NCBI GenBank assembly: GCA_034521515.1
Contig: JAXHMH010000004.1
Span: 64,485 to 128,484, forward strand
DNA length: 64,000 nucleotides
Source: Candidatus Saccharimonadota bacterium
Lineage (GTDB): Bacteria; Patescibacteriota; Saccharimonadia; Saccharimonadales; JAXHMH01
Direction: 5' to 3'
Part shown: in pieces, positions 40,867 through 49,161 of the stretch
Numbering within the stretch: position 1 is the stretch's first letter
How the letters are laid out: each line of letters begins with the position of its first letter
Notes under the pieces: model-generated
What the model was told of the DNA's origin: nothing
Database searches by the model: none
What the model saw: the letters and a program-made list of their open reading frames with translations, nothing else
Position numbers and translations under genes: made by a program

Positions 40867-41808
40867 ATGTCAAAATCAATTTATACACCAGGTCTTGTAA
40901 ACGTCGATGAACAAGGCGAAAACAGTGCCGTTTTCACCATCGAACCACTACACACCGGTTACGGTATGACGCTTGGTAACTCGATCCGCCGAGTTTTGCT
41001 ATCAAGTATTGCCGGTGCAGCAATTACTTCGTTTAAAATCGAAGGCGTGTCACATGAGTTCACGACTGTTCCGGGCGTAAAAGAAGACGTGGTTGATATT
41101 ATGCTGAACCTCAAGGGCGTACGTGTACGTGTATTCGGTGATGAGCCTCAGAATCTTAGGCTAACTAAAAAAGGTAAGGGTAAAGTTGTCGCTAAAGACA
41201 TTGAAACCAATGCTGATGTTGAAATTGTTAATCCAGACTACGAAATCGCTACAATTGATGATGATAAAGCTACCTTTATTATGGATCTAACCGTAGAAAA
41301 AGGTCGTGGCTACCGCACGATTGAAGAAGAAGCTGAGCGTAAGTCAAGCGATATGATTGCTCTTGACGCGGTTTTTAGCCCCGTACTACGTGTTCGATAT
41401 AAAGTTGAGCATACTCGTGTCGGACAAATGACTGATCTGGACAAGCTTATTATTACGATTGATACTGATGGTACGATAACTCCTGAAGATTCTTTTGAAG
41501 AAGCTGCCGCGATTTTGGTTAACCAATACACTGCATTGGCCGGACAAACGCGGGTTGAAGCCGCTGCGCCTCTAACGGCTGATGCCGAAAACAACGGAAG
41601 TGACGAAAATGAAGATTCGGCTGAACTCATGACGTCAATTGAAGATCTGAACCTTTCGGCAAGAACCACCAATGCTTTGATTAACAACGAGATACACACA
41701 CTGAAGGATTTATTTAGCTTGGGTGATGCTGAACTTCGCGAGCTAAAAGGCTTTGGCAGCAAGGCTTTGGATGAAGTTAAAGAAAAAATGGCCGAATTGG
41801 AGCTATAA
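40867..41808 (+). CDS. rpoA: DNA-directed RNA polymerase subunit alpha
   Basis: 313 aa; NTD GNSIRRVLLSSI, CTD helix-hairpin-helix LSARTTNALIN. Confidence 0.95.
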   Translation: MSKSIYTPGLVNVDEQGENSAVFTIEPLHTGYGMTLGNSIRRVLLSSIAGAAITSFKIEGVSHEFTTVPGVKEDVVDIMLNLKGVRVRVFGDEPQNLRLTKKGKGKVVAKDIETNADVEIVNPDYEIATIDDDKATFIMDLTVEKGRGYRTIEEEAERKSSDMIALDAVFSPVLRVRYKVEHTRVGQMTDLDKLIITIDTDGTITPEDSFEEAAAILVNQYTALAGQTRVEAAAPLTADAENNGSDENEDSAELMTSIEDLNLSARTTNALINNEIHTLKDLFSLGDAELRELKGFGSKALDEVKEKMAELEL

Positions 41809-41904
41809 TGAAGTTAAAAGTTCAAAAGTTCATAAAGTATAAAGCTACTCAGTCTTTCTACTATCTACTTTCTACTTTCAACTCGCAAAGCCGGAGGTTT
41901 TGTC

Positions 41905-42384
41905 ATGCATAGACACGGATATAAAGGAAGAAAATTTGGACGCGAGCGAGATCAACGCAAAGCGTTGGTTGTGAGCTTGGCAGAGTCGCTCATACAATAT
42001 GAAACAATCGAAACAACTCTGCCTAAGGCCAAAGAGGTGTTGCCTTACGTTGAAAAACTTATAACCAAGGCCAAAAAAGGCGATCTTCACAACAGAAGAG
42101 AAGTTATTCGTAGTCTGCAGACTATAGAAAGCGGACACAAGCTGGTCGACGAAATTGCGCCAAAATTAGGCAATCGTGTTAGCGGTCACTTACGTATTAA
42201 AAAAACACGTTTGCGACGAGGCGATAATTCACAACTCGCACGCATCAGTTTTGTAGATGATCTTCACGAAAGCTCGGTAGCAGAACAAGAAGCTGCTTCA
42301 GGGGACACGGTTTCTGTAAAAGCACCAACTGAACCTAAAAAAGCCCAACCAAAAACCAAGCTTGCTGCAAAGGAGGCCAAGTAA
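41905..42384 (+). CDS. rplQ: 50S ribosomal protein L17
   Basis: MHRHGYKGRKFGRERDQRKAL; C-terminal extension. Confidence 0.94.
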   Translation: MHRHGYKGRKFGRERDQRKALVVSLAESLIQYETIETTLPKAKEVLPYVEKLITKAKKGDLHNRREVIRSLQTIESGHKLVDEIAPKLGNRVSGHLRIKKTRLRRGDNSQLARISFVDDLHESSVAEQEAASGDTVSVKAPTEPKKAQPKTKLAAKEAK

Positions 42385-42824
42385 TGAAAACCTATAGTGC
42401 AAAACCAGCCGAAGTAAATCGAAAATGGTACGTACTTGACGCGAGTCAAGCAGCATTTGGCCGAGTTGCAACTCAAGCTGCGCAATTACTATCCGGCAAA
42501 GGTAAATCTATGTATACAAACCACATAGATTGCGGTGATTACGTTGTTATTATCAATAGTGATAAATTGGTTGCTACCGGTAAAAAATTGGATGACAAAA
42601 TATACTATCGACATACTAACTACCCTGGTGGCATTAAACAAGCTACCCTTAAAGAAAAGATGGACAAAGATTCCACAAAAGTGTTGTTCCAGGCTGTCCA
42701 AGGGATGCTTCCAGACAACAAGTTGCGCGCTGAGCGGTTAAAACGACTTAAAATTTATACTGACGGCAATCATGGTCATGATGCCCAAAAACCTCAACAG
42801 TTGAAGGTAAAGGAAGGTAAGTAA
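42384..42824 (+). CDS. rplM: 50S ribosomal protein L13
   Basis: KWYVLDASQAAFGRVAT. Confidence 0.95.
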   Translation: MKTYSAKPAEVNRKWYVLDASQAAFGRVATQAAQLLSGKGKSMYTNHIDCGDYVVIINSDKLVATGKKLDDKIYYRHTNYPGGIKQATLKEKMDKDSTKVLFQAVQGMLPDNKLRAERLKRLKIYTDGNHGHDAQKPQQLKVKEGK

Positions 42825-42828
42825 TCGT

Positions 42829-43239
42829 ATGGCTACAACAGACACGAAACATTATAACTACGCTCTAGGTCGAAGAAAATCAGCAACAGCTCGTATTCGC
42901 CTTATGAACGGCAAAGGTAATTTTACAGTTAACGGAAAAGAAATTTCAGATTTCTTAGAGGGTAGTAAGTTCCTGGCTAATGAGCTCCAGAAACCATTCA
43001 ATGCTCTAGAACTTGATAACAAAAAGTACGATATCAGTGCTGTTGTTACTGGTGGAGGTCAACATGGGCAGGTTGAGGCAATGCGACTTGCTATTGCGAA
43101 AGCTTTTGTCGCTATGAATGAAGACTACAGGAGTACATTACGTCGTGCTGACCTACTCGGGCGTGACCCACGTGAAAAAGAACGCAAGAAGTTTGGCCTC
43201 AAAGGCGCTCGAAAACAACGTCAGTTTACCAAGCGTTAG
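42829..43239 (+). CDS. rpsI: 30S ribosomal protein S9
   Basis: GGGQHGQVEAMRLAIAKA, ends RQFTKR. Confidence 0.95.
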   Translation: MATTDTKHYNYALGRRKSATARIRLMNGKGNFTVNGKEISDFLEGSKFLANELQKPFNALELDNKKYDISAVVTGGGQHGQVEAMRLAIAKAFVAMNEDYRSTLRRADLLGRDPREKERKKFGLKGARKQRQFTKR

Positions 43240-43278
43240 TACAAGCCTCGTGTTGAATATATTCGGTAAGGCTATGTT

Positions 43279-44103
43279 ATGTCAGATGTGATCGGTATCC
43301 AGGGCGGCAAGGCGTCGTATCACGAGTTAGCAGTTAAACAGATGCATCCTTCTGCGACAATAAAGTACTTTGAAACATTTAAAGATGTATTTACAGCTCT
43401 TAAAAATTCATCAATTGATTCGGCTTTGGTTGCTTTAGCCAACAATCGGATGCAGTTTATTTCTGATACTTACGAGCTGCTAACTTCCAATACTGAAGAT
43501 TTTGTAATTGTCGGCGAGAAATATCTAAAAGTTGAGCATGCATTACTTGCTCTGCAGGGCGGACAATTGTCATCAATTCGCGAAGTTTATTCTCAAGCTC
43601 CTGCTTTGCTTCAGTGTAGCAATTTCATAGATAACGAGTTGCCGCACGCTTCAATTATCGAAACACATGACACAGCTGACAGTGCTGAGTTTGTGTCAAA
43701 AAGCCGTGATACATCAAAAGCAGCAATCGCTAGTATGCAAGCCGCAAAACTATATGGATTAGATGTAATTGCCAAGAAAATTCAAAACGATAAAGACAAT
43801 ATTACACGTTTTATTCAGTTAAAACGGCGCGGTGATGATGATGTTGATGTATTGAAAACTGCCGATAAAACGAGTATGTTGTTATTCACGCCTCAGACGG
43901 CCGGTTCACTAATTAGTGCTTTACTTCCTTTTCAGGAATCTGGGATCAATTTAAGTTACCTACAGTCAAAAGTTATGCCTAATTCGGCATTTGATATGAT
44001 GTTTTTTGTTGAATTTGAAGCCGGAATGCAAGAAATGAGATCACGTTGTACGCTTGATGAGCTACACTCCCTAGGACACCGCACAAAAATACTGGTAAGT
44101 TGA
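43279..44103 (+). CDS. pheA: prephenate dehydratase (PDT + ACT domains)
   Basis: 274 aa; IGIQGGKASYHE N-terminus, NITRFIQL (TRF motif), ACT-like C-terminus. Confidence 0.75.
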   Translation: MSDVIGIQGGKASYHELAVKQMHPSATIKYFETFKDVFTALKNSSIDSALVALANNRMQFISDTYELLTSNTEDFVIVGEKYLKVEHALLALQGGQLSSIREVYSQAPALLQCSNFIDNELPHASIIETHDTADSAEFVSKSRDTSKAAIASMQAAKLYGLDVIAKKIQNDKDNITRFIQLKRRGDDDVDVLKTADKTSMLLFTPQTAGSLISALLPFQESGINLSYLQSKVMPNSAFDMMFFVEFEAGMQEMRSRCTLDELHSLGHRTKILVS

Positions 44104-44177
44104 TAAGCAGGCACAATATCACCAATGTCCAGTCGCAAGTTATACAGCCTGTAGTATTAATGATAAAATATAAGTGA

Positions 44178-45200
44178 ATGAGTAAACCAGTTATACTAAC
44201 CGGTCTTCGGGCTAACAATGACCTTCATTTGGGTAATTATCTTGGAGCTTTATTGCCAATGGTAGATATGGCTAACGAGCATGCCGGTAAATACCAAATA
44301 AACTTATTTGTGCCAGATTTACACAGTTTTACCACGCCGATAAACCATGACGAACTTTATAAGCAAATACTTAATAACGTCAAAGTGTTCGCTGCTGCCG
44401 GTTTGCCGCTCGACAATCCAGATATACATATATATCGCCAAAGCTACATTCCAGCACATTCTGAAATGACGTGGATACTTGATTGTTTCACCGGCTTTGG
44501 CGAGATGTCCCGCATGACTCAGTTCAAAGAGAAATCAGAGAAACTTAATGAGGACAGAATCAGTGTAGCATTGTTTAATTACCCTGTTCTTATGGCGGCG
44601 GATATTTTGCTACATGACGCTACCTATGTGCCAGTCGGCGATGATCAGACGCAGCATCTGGAGTTTACTCGTGATATAGCCAAGCGCATGAATAACAAGT
44701 TCGGCGAGCTGTTTGTTGTGCCCAAACCAGTTAAAGAACAGCATAAAATGTTCGGTAAAGACCAAGGCTTGCGTGTCCGAGACCTCGCCAATCCAACCAA
44801 GAAAATGAGTAAATCAGATGAAACCGGCAAGGGCGTTATTTTCTTGAGCGATTCGCCAGATGTTGCCAAGAAAAAGATAATGAGCGCTACGACAGACAGC
44901 CTTGGGCAAATTAGTCATGATTACGTAAATCAACCTGGTGTCAGTAACCTGCTCGACATCTTGGAGCTATTTGGTGGTAGCAAAGACAAGTTTATTGGCG
45001 ATACGCAGTACGGCCCATTGAAGTCAGCTGTTGCGGATAAAGTCATAGTCTTTTTGCAAGAATTCCAGCGCAAGCTCACTAATGTAGATGAAGCCTCCGT
45101 GATAAGTAAGCTGGAATCATCTGAAAAGACAATGTACGACGTCGCTGTTTCTAAGCTTTCACGGGTACAACAAGCTATCGGGCTACGTCCAAAAGCATAA
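44178..45200 (+). CDS. trpS: tryptophanyl-tRNA synthetase
   Basis: HLGNYLGA (HIGH) and KMSKS motifs, 340 aa. Confidence 0.92.
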   Translation: MSKPVILTGLRANNDLHLGNYLGALLPMVDMANEHAGKYQINLFVPDLHSFTTPINHDELYKQILNNVKVFAAAGLPLDNPDIHIYRQSYIPAHSEMTWILDCFTGFGEMSRMTQFKEKSEKLNEDRISVALFNYPVLMAADILLHDATYVPVGDDQTQHLEFTRDIAKRMNNKFGELFVVPKPVKEQHKMFGKDQGLRVRDLANPTKKMSKSDETGKGVIFLSDSPDVAKKKIMSATTDSLGQISHDYVNQPGVSNLLDILELFGGSKDKFIGDTQYGPLKSAVADKVIVFLQEFQRKLTNVDEASVISKLESSEKTMYDVAVSKLSRVQQAIGLRPKA

Positions 45201-45202
45201 GT

Positions 45203-46249
45203 ATGGCACTGAAAGAACTTGTAGTAAACGAGGAGCAAAAGGGACGGAGATTTGATGTCGTGGCGGCTGAAATGCTGCCCATGCTAAGCCGAGCTTTCGT
45301 GCATAGACTCATTAACCAAGGCCAGTTCTTGGTAAATGATAATACCCAGAAGCCTGGATATAAGTTACGCACCGGAGACTCTATAAGTACGGATGTAGAG
45401 ATTGCAGACTTAGATAGTGTTGCCGACATTGACCTACCAGTAATTTATGAAGATAGTAATGTACTGGTTATTGATAAGCCAGTTGGCGTGATAAGCCATA
45501 GCCGAGGAAGGTACTGGAATGAACCTTCAGTCGCTTCATTTGTTCGCCAACGTGTATTTACGAATTCAAGACTTTCGCATTTGGATGGCCGACAAGGCGC
45601 TGATGAAGCGCAGACTGAGCCGTATATAAAATACGGCGAAGGAGCACTGGAATCAGCAACACAGCCGGATGCCAAAAGCAGCGGCAGCCTTTCTGACTCT
45701 GCCGGAAAGCAGGACGCTGCGGTGCAAAGTTTTGAAGGGGAACGGGCGGGAATTGTCCATCGTTTAGATAGGGCTACCTCTGGAGTTATGATATGTGCCA
45801 AAAATCAAATGACGCTAAAACACCTGCAACAACAGTTTTCAAACCGGAGTGTAAAGAAGCGGTATTTAGCAATTGTCGATGGGCACATGAATGACAATGA
45901 AGCTGTAATCGATATGCCAATTGAAAGAAATCCCATAAAGCCTCAAACATTTAGAACGGGTGCTAATGGAAAACCTGCGCAGACACACTATAGTGTAATA
46001 AAGAAGCTTAAAGAACACAGTGTAGTTGCGCTCACGCCTCGTACTGGGCGCACGCATCAATTAAGGGTTCATTTAAGCTATATTAAACATCCCATTGTTG
46101 GCGACGTACTGTACTCTGGCGAAACAGCCGAAAGGCTGTACCTCCACGCCATGGAGCTAGTGATTAAACTACCAAACAGCCAGTACGCTACAAAATTTGT
46201 TGCGCCCAAGCCAGAAAGCTTCAAATCTTTTGAGAAAAAACATGGATAA
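45203..46249 (+). CDS. RluA/RluD-family pseudouridine synthase with a roughly 50-aa low-complexity insertion
   Basis: S4-like N-terminus, catalytic HRLDRATSG, RTGRTHQLRVHL. Confidence 0.85.
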   Translation: MALKELVVNEEQKGRRFDVVAAEMLPMLSRAFVHRLINQGQFLVNDNTQKPGYKLRTGDSISTDVEIADLDSVADIDLPVIYEDSNVLVIDKPVGVISHSRGRYWNEPSVASFVRQRVFTNSRLSHLDGRQGADEAQTEPYIKYGEGALESATQPDAKSSGSLSDSAGKQDAAVQSFEGERAGIVHRLDRATSGVMICAKNQMTLKHLQQQFSNRSVKKRYLAIVDGHMNDNEAVIDMPIERNPIKPQTFRTGANGKPAQTHYSVIKKLKEHSVVALTPRTGRTHQLRVHLSYIKHPIVGDVLYSGETAERLYLHAMELVIKLPNSQYATKFVAPKPESFKSFEKKHG

Positions 46250-47096
46250 AATACTCATTCATTCCACTACAGAACAAGCCCTAAACCTGCTTCTGCAAGG
46301 AGACCATCACGCTGTTGGTTTGATTGGACCATACGGCGCCGGTAAAAGTTATCTTGCATATTGGTTGGCTTGTAAATTCCTCGATGTCGCAAAACCCTCA
46401 ATCAATCAAGTTAAAGAGATATGGCCGGAAAAAAATAGTATAGGTATTGACGCAGTACGCAATATTCAATCAACGCTCAAACTTAAGGCGCCCGGATCTC
46501 AAAAAATTCGCCGTGTTATTATCATTCACGATGCTCAAAATTTAACAGTCGAGGCTCAAAATGCTCTTTTGAAAATTCTAGAAGAGCCGCCGGAAGATGT
46601 ACGCATCATAATGACCTCAGTTAGTCAAAAAGCCTTATTGCCGACAGTAGAATCAAGACTACATCATGTTAACGTACTCCCAATTCAGCTCAGAGAGCTT
46701 TATTCTGCCTACAGTACACATGTTGACCAAGCGACTATCAACAAGGCATATGCTATAAGTGGCGGTTATGCCGGATTATGCCTTGGGATTTTAGAAAACG
46801 CCGACCATACCTTAATTAGATCTATTGAACAAGCTAAAACACTATTCGGCGAAAAACCATACGATAGATTATTACAAGTTGACCAGCTCAGTCGAGATAA
46901 AGAAAAAGTTAGAAGTCTATTGTTCGCAATCAAGCGGGTTCAGATTGCAGTTGCCGAAAAAGCAGCACTACAGCATCAAACTACTACACTTTTGAAAATC
47001 CAGGCAAGTCTCAGGGCTGTATTAAATGCCGAAGCAAAAATTGACCACAATCCAAATCTTAAATTATTAGTCACTGATGTATTGCTACAATTGTAG
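46242..47096 (+). CDS. holB: DNA polymerase III delta' (clamp-loader) subunit
   Basis: GPYGAGKS, IIHDAQNLTVEAQNALLKILEEPP; ATG 46242 overlaps the upstream stop. Confidence 0.8.
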   Translation: MDKILIHSTTEQALNLLLQGDHHAVGLIGPYGAGKSYLAYWLACKFLDVAKPSINQVKEIWPEKNSIGIDAVRNIQSTLKLKAPGSQKIRRVIIIHDAQNLTVEAQNALLKILEEPPEDVRIIMTSVSQKALLPTVESRLHHVNVLPIQLRELYSAYSTHVDQATINKAYAISGGYAGLCLGILENADHTLIRSIEQAKTLFGEKPYDRLLQVDQLSRDKEKVRSLLFAIKRVQIAVAEKAALQHQTTTLLKIQASLRAVLNAEAKIDHNPNLKLLVTDVLLQL

Positions 47097-47111
47097 TATA
47101 CTGGTTGGTAT

Positions 47112-47768
47112 ATGTTAGAGCTTTTGTTGCTTGCAGGTTTTGGTGTGATGGTAGTTCACAGTATCAGTGTCCGAGATGATGAATTCTCACTGTTGCCACG
47201 TAAAGTTAGCGATAAAATCGGTAAACTGTGGGACATTGCACATCAGGGGATGCGCGAAAACCGGTTTTTGCGTGCCGAAAAAGCTTTGCTTAGTATTTTA
47301 AAAATCGATGAGAAGAATGCCGCTGCTTATAATCGTCTGGGCATTTTGTACGCCAAGCAAAAAGAATATAAAGATGCAATTGACTGTTTCGAGATTGCTT
47401 CATCGATTGAGCCCAGCGCCTCAAGCCTTCATAACCTCGGCCTAATATATTTTGAAACTGAAAATTACCCAAAAGCTGCAACCGCCTTTGAGCACGCCTT
47501 AAAACTAGAGGATAGTCTAGCAGCGCGCCATATTGCCTATGCGAAAGTTCAAGAAAAACTAGGAAATCAGAAAGTCATGTTGGATGAATTACAAAAAGCT
47601 GTAGAACTTGAGCCCTCACAAGAAAGCTATCGGCTAATTCGAAAAGCCTACGAAGACATGGGCATGCAAGCTGAGGCAGATCTAATTGCTGAGAAGATGA
47701 AACACTCAACAAAACACACGTCTCATAGAAAGAAACGATTATCACGCCCAAAGCGTGTTGTCATTTAA
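47112..47768 (+). CDS. TPR-repeat protein with N-terminal membrane anchor
   Basis: 218 aa; hydrophobic N-terminus, repeated AxxYxxLGxxY-type TPR units. Confidence 0.7.
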   Translation: MLELLLLAGFGVMVVHSISVRDDEFSLLPRKVSDKIGKLWDIAHQGMRENRFLRAEKALLSILKIDEKNAAAYNRLGILYAKQKEYKDAIDCFEIASSIEPSASSLHNLGLIYFETENYPKAATAFEHALKLEDSLAARHIAYAKVQEKLGNQKVMLDELQKAVELEPSQESYRLIRKAYEDMGMQAEADLIAEKMKHSTKHTSHRKKRLSRPKRVVI

Positions 47769-47799
47769 CCCCTGTTCTGCTACACTTTCTCGGTACTTT

Positions 47800-47876
47800 G
47801 CCACCTTAGCTCAGCTGGTTAGAGCGGCGGTTTTGTAAACCGTAGGTCCGGGGTTCGAATCCCCGAGGTGGCTCCA
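47800..47876 (+). tRNA. tRNA-Thr (anticodon TGT), CCA encoded
   Basis: GCCACCT...AGGTGGC acceptor, anticodon loop TTTGTAA, T arm CGGGG-TTCGAAT-CCCCG. Confidence 0.92.
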
Positions 47877-47976
47877 AGAACTTTTTGCGAAAGTTCAAGT
47901 ATAAAGTAAAAAGTTATCAAGTAAAAAAGTAGCTACTACTTTATACTTTTGGGCTTTTACACTTTCAGCTACGCTT

Positions 47977-48061
47977 GCAGGAGTAGTGAAGCGGTCAAAC
48001 ACGTCTGACTGTAAATCAGATGGCTCAGCCTTCGGGGGTTCGAATCCCTCCTCCTGCACCA
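47977..48061 (+). tRNA. tRNA-Tyr (anticodon GTA), class II, CCA encoded
   Basis: GCAGGAG...CTCCTGC acceptor, anticodon stem TCTGA/TCAGA with loop CTGTAAA, long variable arm. Confidence 0.92.
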
Positions 48062-48062
48062 T

Positions 48063-48137
48063 GCCGACGTAGCTCAGCGGTAGAGCATCGCCATGGTAAG
48101 GCGGGGGTCACGAGTTCAAGTCTCGTCGTCGGCTCCA
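48063..48137 (+). tRNA. tRNA-Thr (anticodon GGT), CCA encoded
   Basis: GCCGACG...CGTCGGC acceptor, anticodon loop ATGGTAA, T arm ACGAG-TTCAAGT-CTCGT; only 1 nt after tRNA-Tyr. Confidence 0.9.
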
Positions 48138-48259
48138 TTTAACTCGCTGTGCTCGCTTATCTTTCGACCCTTAGGCTCAAGATCGAAGAGTGGTGAACCA
48201 GTCATTGTTTGTACAGCGGGTCGAATAACCCTGAGCCTGTCGAAGGGCCAGAATAACAA

Positions 48260-48345
48260 GCAGGAATAGTGAAGCGGTCAAACACATCAGAAATAACTCC
48301 CTCTGTTTGCGGGGGTCAAGCCAAGACTTGACCCTTGATTACGTG
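48260..48345 (+). pseudogene. tRNA-Tyr-derived pseudo-copy
   Basis: 48260-48291 matches the first 32 nt of tRNA-Tyr at 29/32. The anticodon stem-loop is deleted. The T-arm position is replaced by hairpin GGGTCAAG-CCAAGA-CTTGACCC. Confidence 0.6.
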
Positions 48346-48396
48346 GCCTTAATCTGTTAAACTAAACAAAATTGCATTATATAAAGGTAGGAAATC

Positions 48397-48591
48397 ATGG
48401 CCAAAAAAGGCGACAAACGAAAAATTATTGGTATGGTGAGTGAAGAAAGCGGCGGTAGGCATTATTACACCAGGAAGAACACAATGAATACTCCCGATAA
48501 GATTTCACTGCGTAAATACGACCCAGTGTTGCGTAAGCACGTTATATACACCGAGACAAAGAAAAACCTAGGACGCAACGAAGTAAAATAG
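48397..48591 (+). CDS. rpmG: 50S ribosomal protein L33 (non-zinc form)
   Basis: MAKKGDKRKIIGMVSEESGGRHYYTRKN...YDPVLRKHVIYTETK. Confidence 0.88.
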   Translation: MAKKGDKRKIIGMVSEESGGRHYYTRKNTMNTPDKISLRKYDPVLRKHVIYTETKKNLGRNEVK

Positions 48592-48613
48592 GATAGACTA
48601 AGCCTAATAACGT

Positions 48614-48645
48614 AAAACGACCACAATCAAGTGGTCGTTTTTTGT
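48614..48645 (+). terminator. intrinsic terminator of rpmG
   Basis: AAAACGACCAC-AATCAA-GTGGTCGTTTT followed by TTTGTT. Confidence 0.85.
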
Positions 48646-48661
48646 TATTTCGTAGCATACA

Positions 48662-48737
48662 TGGCAGGGGTGACAGGACTTGAACCTGCGACACCTGGTT
48701 TTGGAGACCAGTGCTCTACCAGCTGAGCTACACCCCT
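48662..48737 (-). tRNA. tRNA-Trp (anticodon CCA), CCA encoded
   Basis: Minus strand reads AGGGGTGTAGCTCAGCTGGTAGAGCACTGGTCTCCAAAACCAGGTGTCGCAGGTTCAAGTCCTGTCACCCCTGCCA. Confidence 0.92.
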
Positions 48738-48979
48738 ATATTCAATCTTTTTAGTAATGCTGTTCGTGTACCACGGCTTGATTTTACCGTATGTTCTCTC
48801 CTGCGTGCTAATTCTTGGGAAAGAAATGCTTCGTAATAGATTAACTTAAAGGGTCTCCTGCTTTTGGTTGATTCAACTTTACCGTCATTGTGATGTCTAA
48901 TACGTCGTTGCAGGTCATTAGTTGATCCGTAATAATGTTCATTATCAACTTCTGAAGTTAATACGTAAAAGTACCACAT
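48728..48979 (-). CDS. small GIY-YIG nuclease family protein
   Basis: 83 aa; WYFYVL (GIY), HYYGST (YIG), RRIRHHN, YYEAF motifs; the stop codon lies inside the tRNA-Trp acceptor stem (10-nt overlap). Confidence 0.85.
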   Translation of the reverse strand: MWYFYVLTSEVDNEHYYGSTNDLQRRIRHHNDGKVESTKSRRPFKLIYYEAFLSQELARRREHTVKSSRGTRTALLKRLNIGV

Positions 48980-48986
48980 ACAGCTA

Positions 48987-49039
48987 CTCTACCAGCTGAC
49001 CCGCCTGTCTGTCGACTAGACGGGCAGGGCTACACCCCT
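48987..49039 (-). repeat. duplicate of tRNA-Trp nt 1-24 interrupted by a 29-nt palindromic element
   Basis: 48987-48999 plus 49029-49039 equal 48714-48737. The insert at 49000-49028, CCCGCCTGTCTGTCGACTAGACGGGCAGG, is the reverse complement of the rpsJ-locus 30-mer with 1 substitution and 1 indel. Confidence 0.9.
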
Positions 49040-49161
49040 TTAACCTACAGTTATTCATGTACCGGTTTTAGCACATAACTTGCATTATACTACTGCAAAT
49101 TTCTATCTTTGTCATCCGTGTCTGCTTTATTTTGACTACCTAATCTGGTATAAATGTAGCA

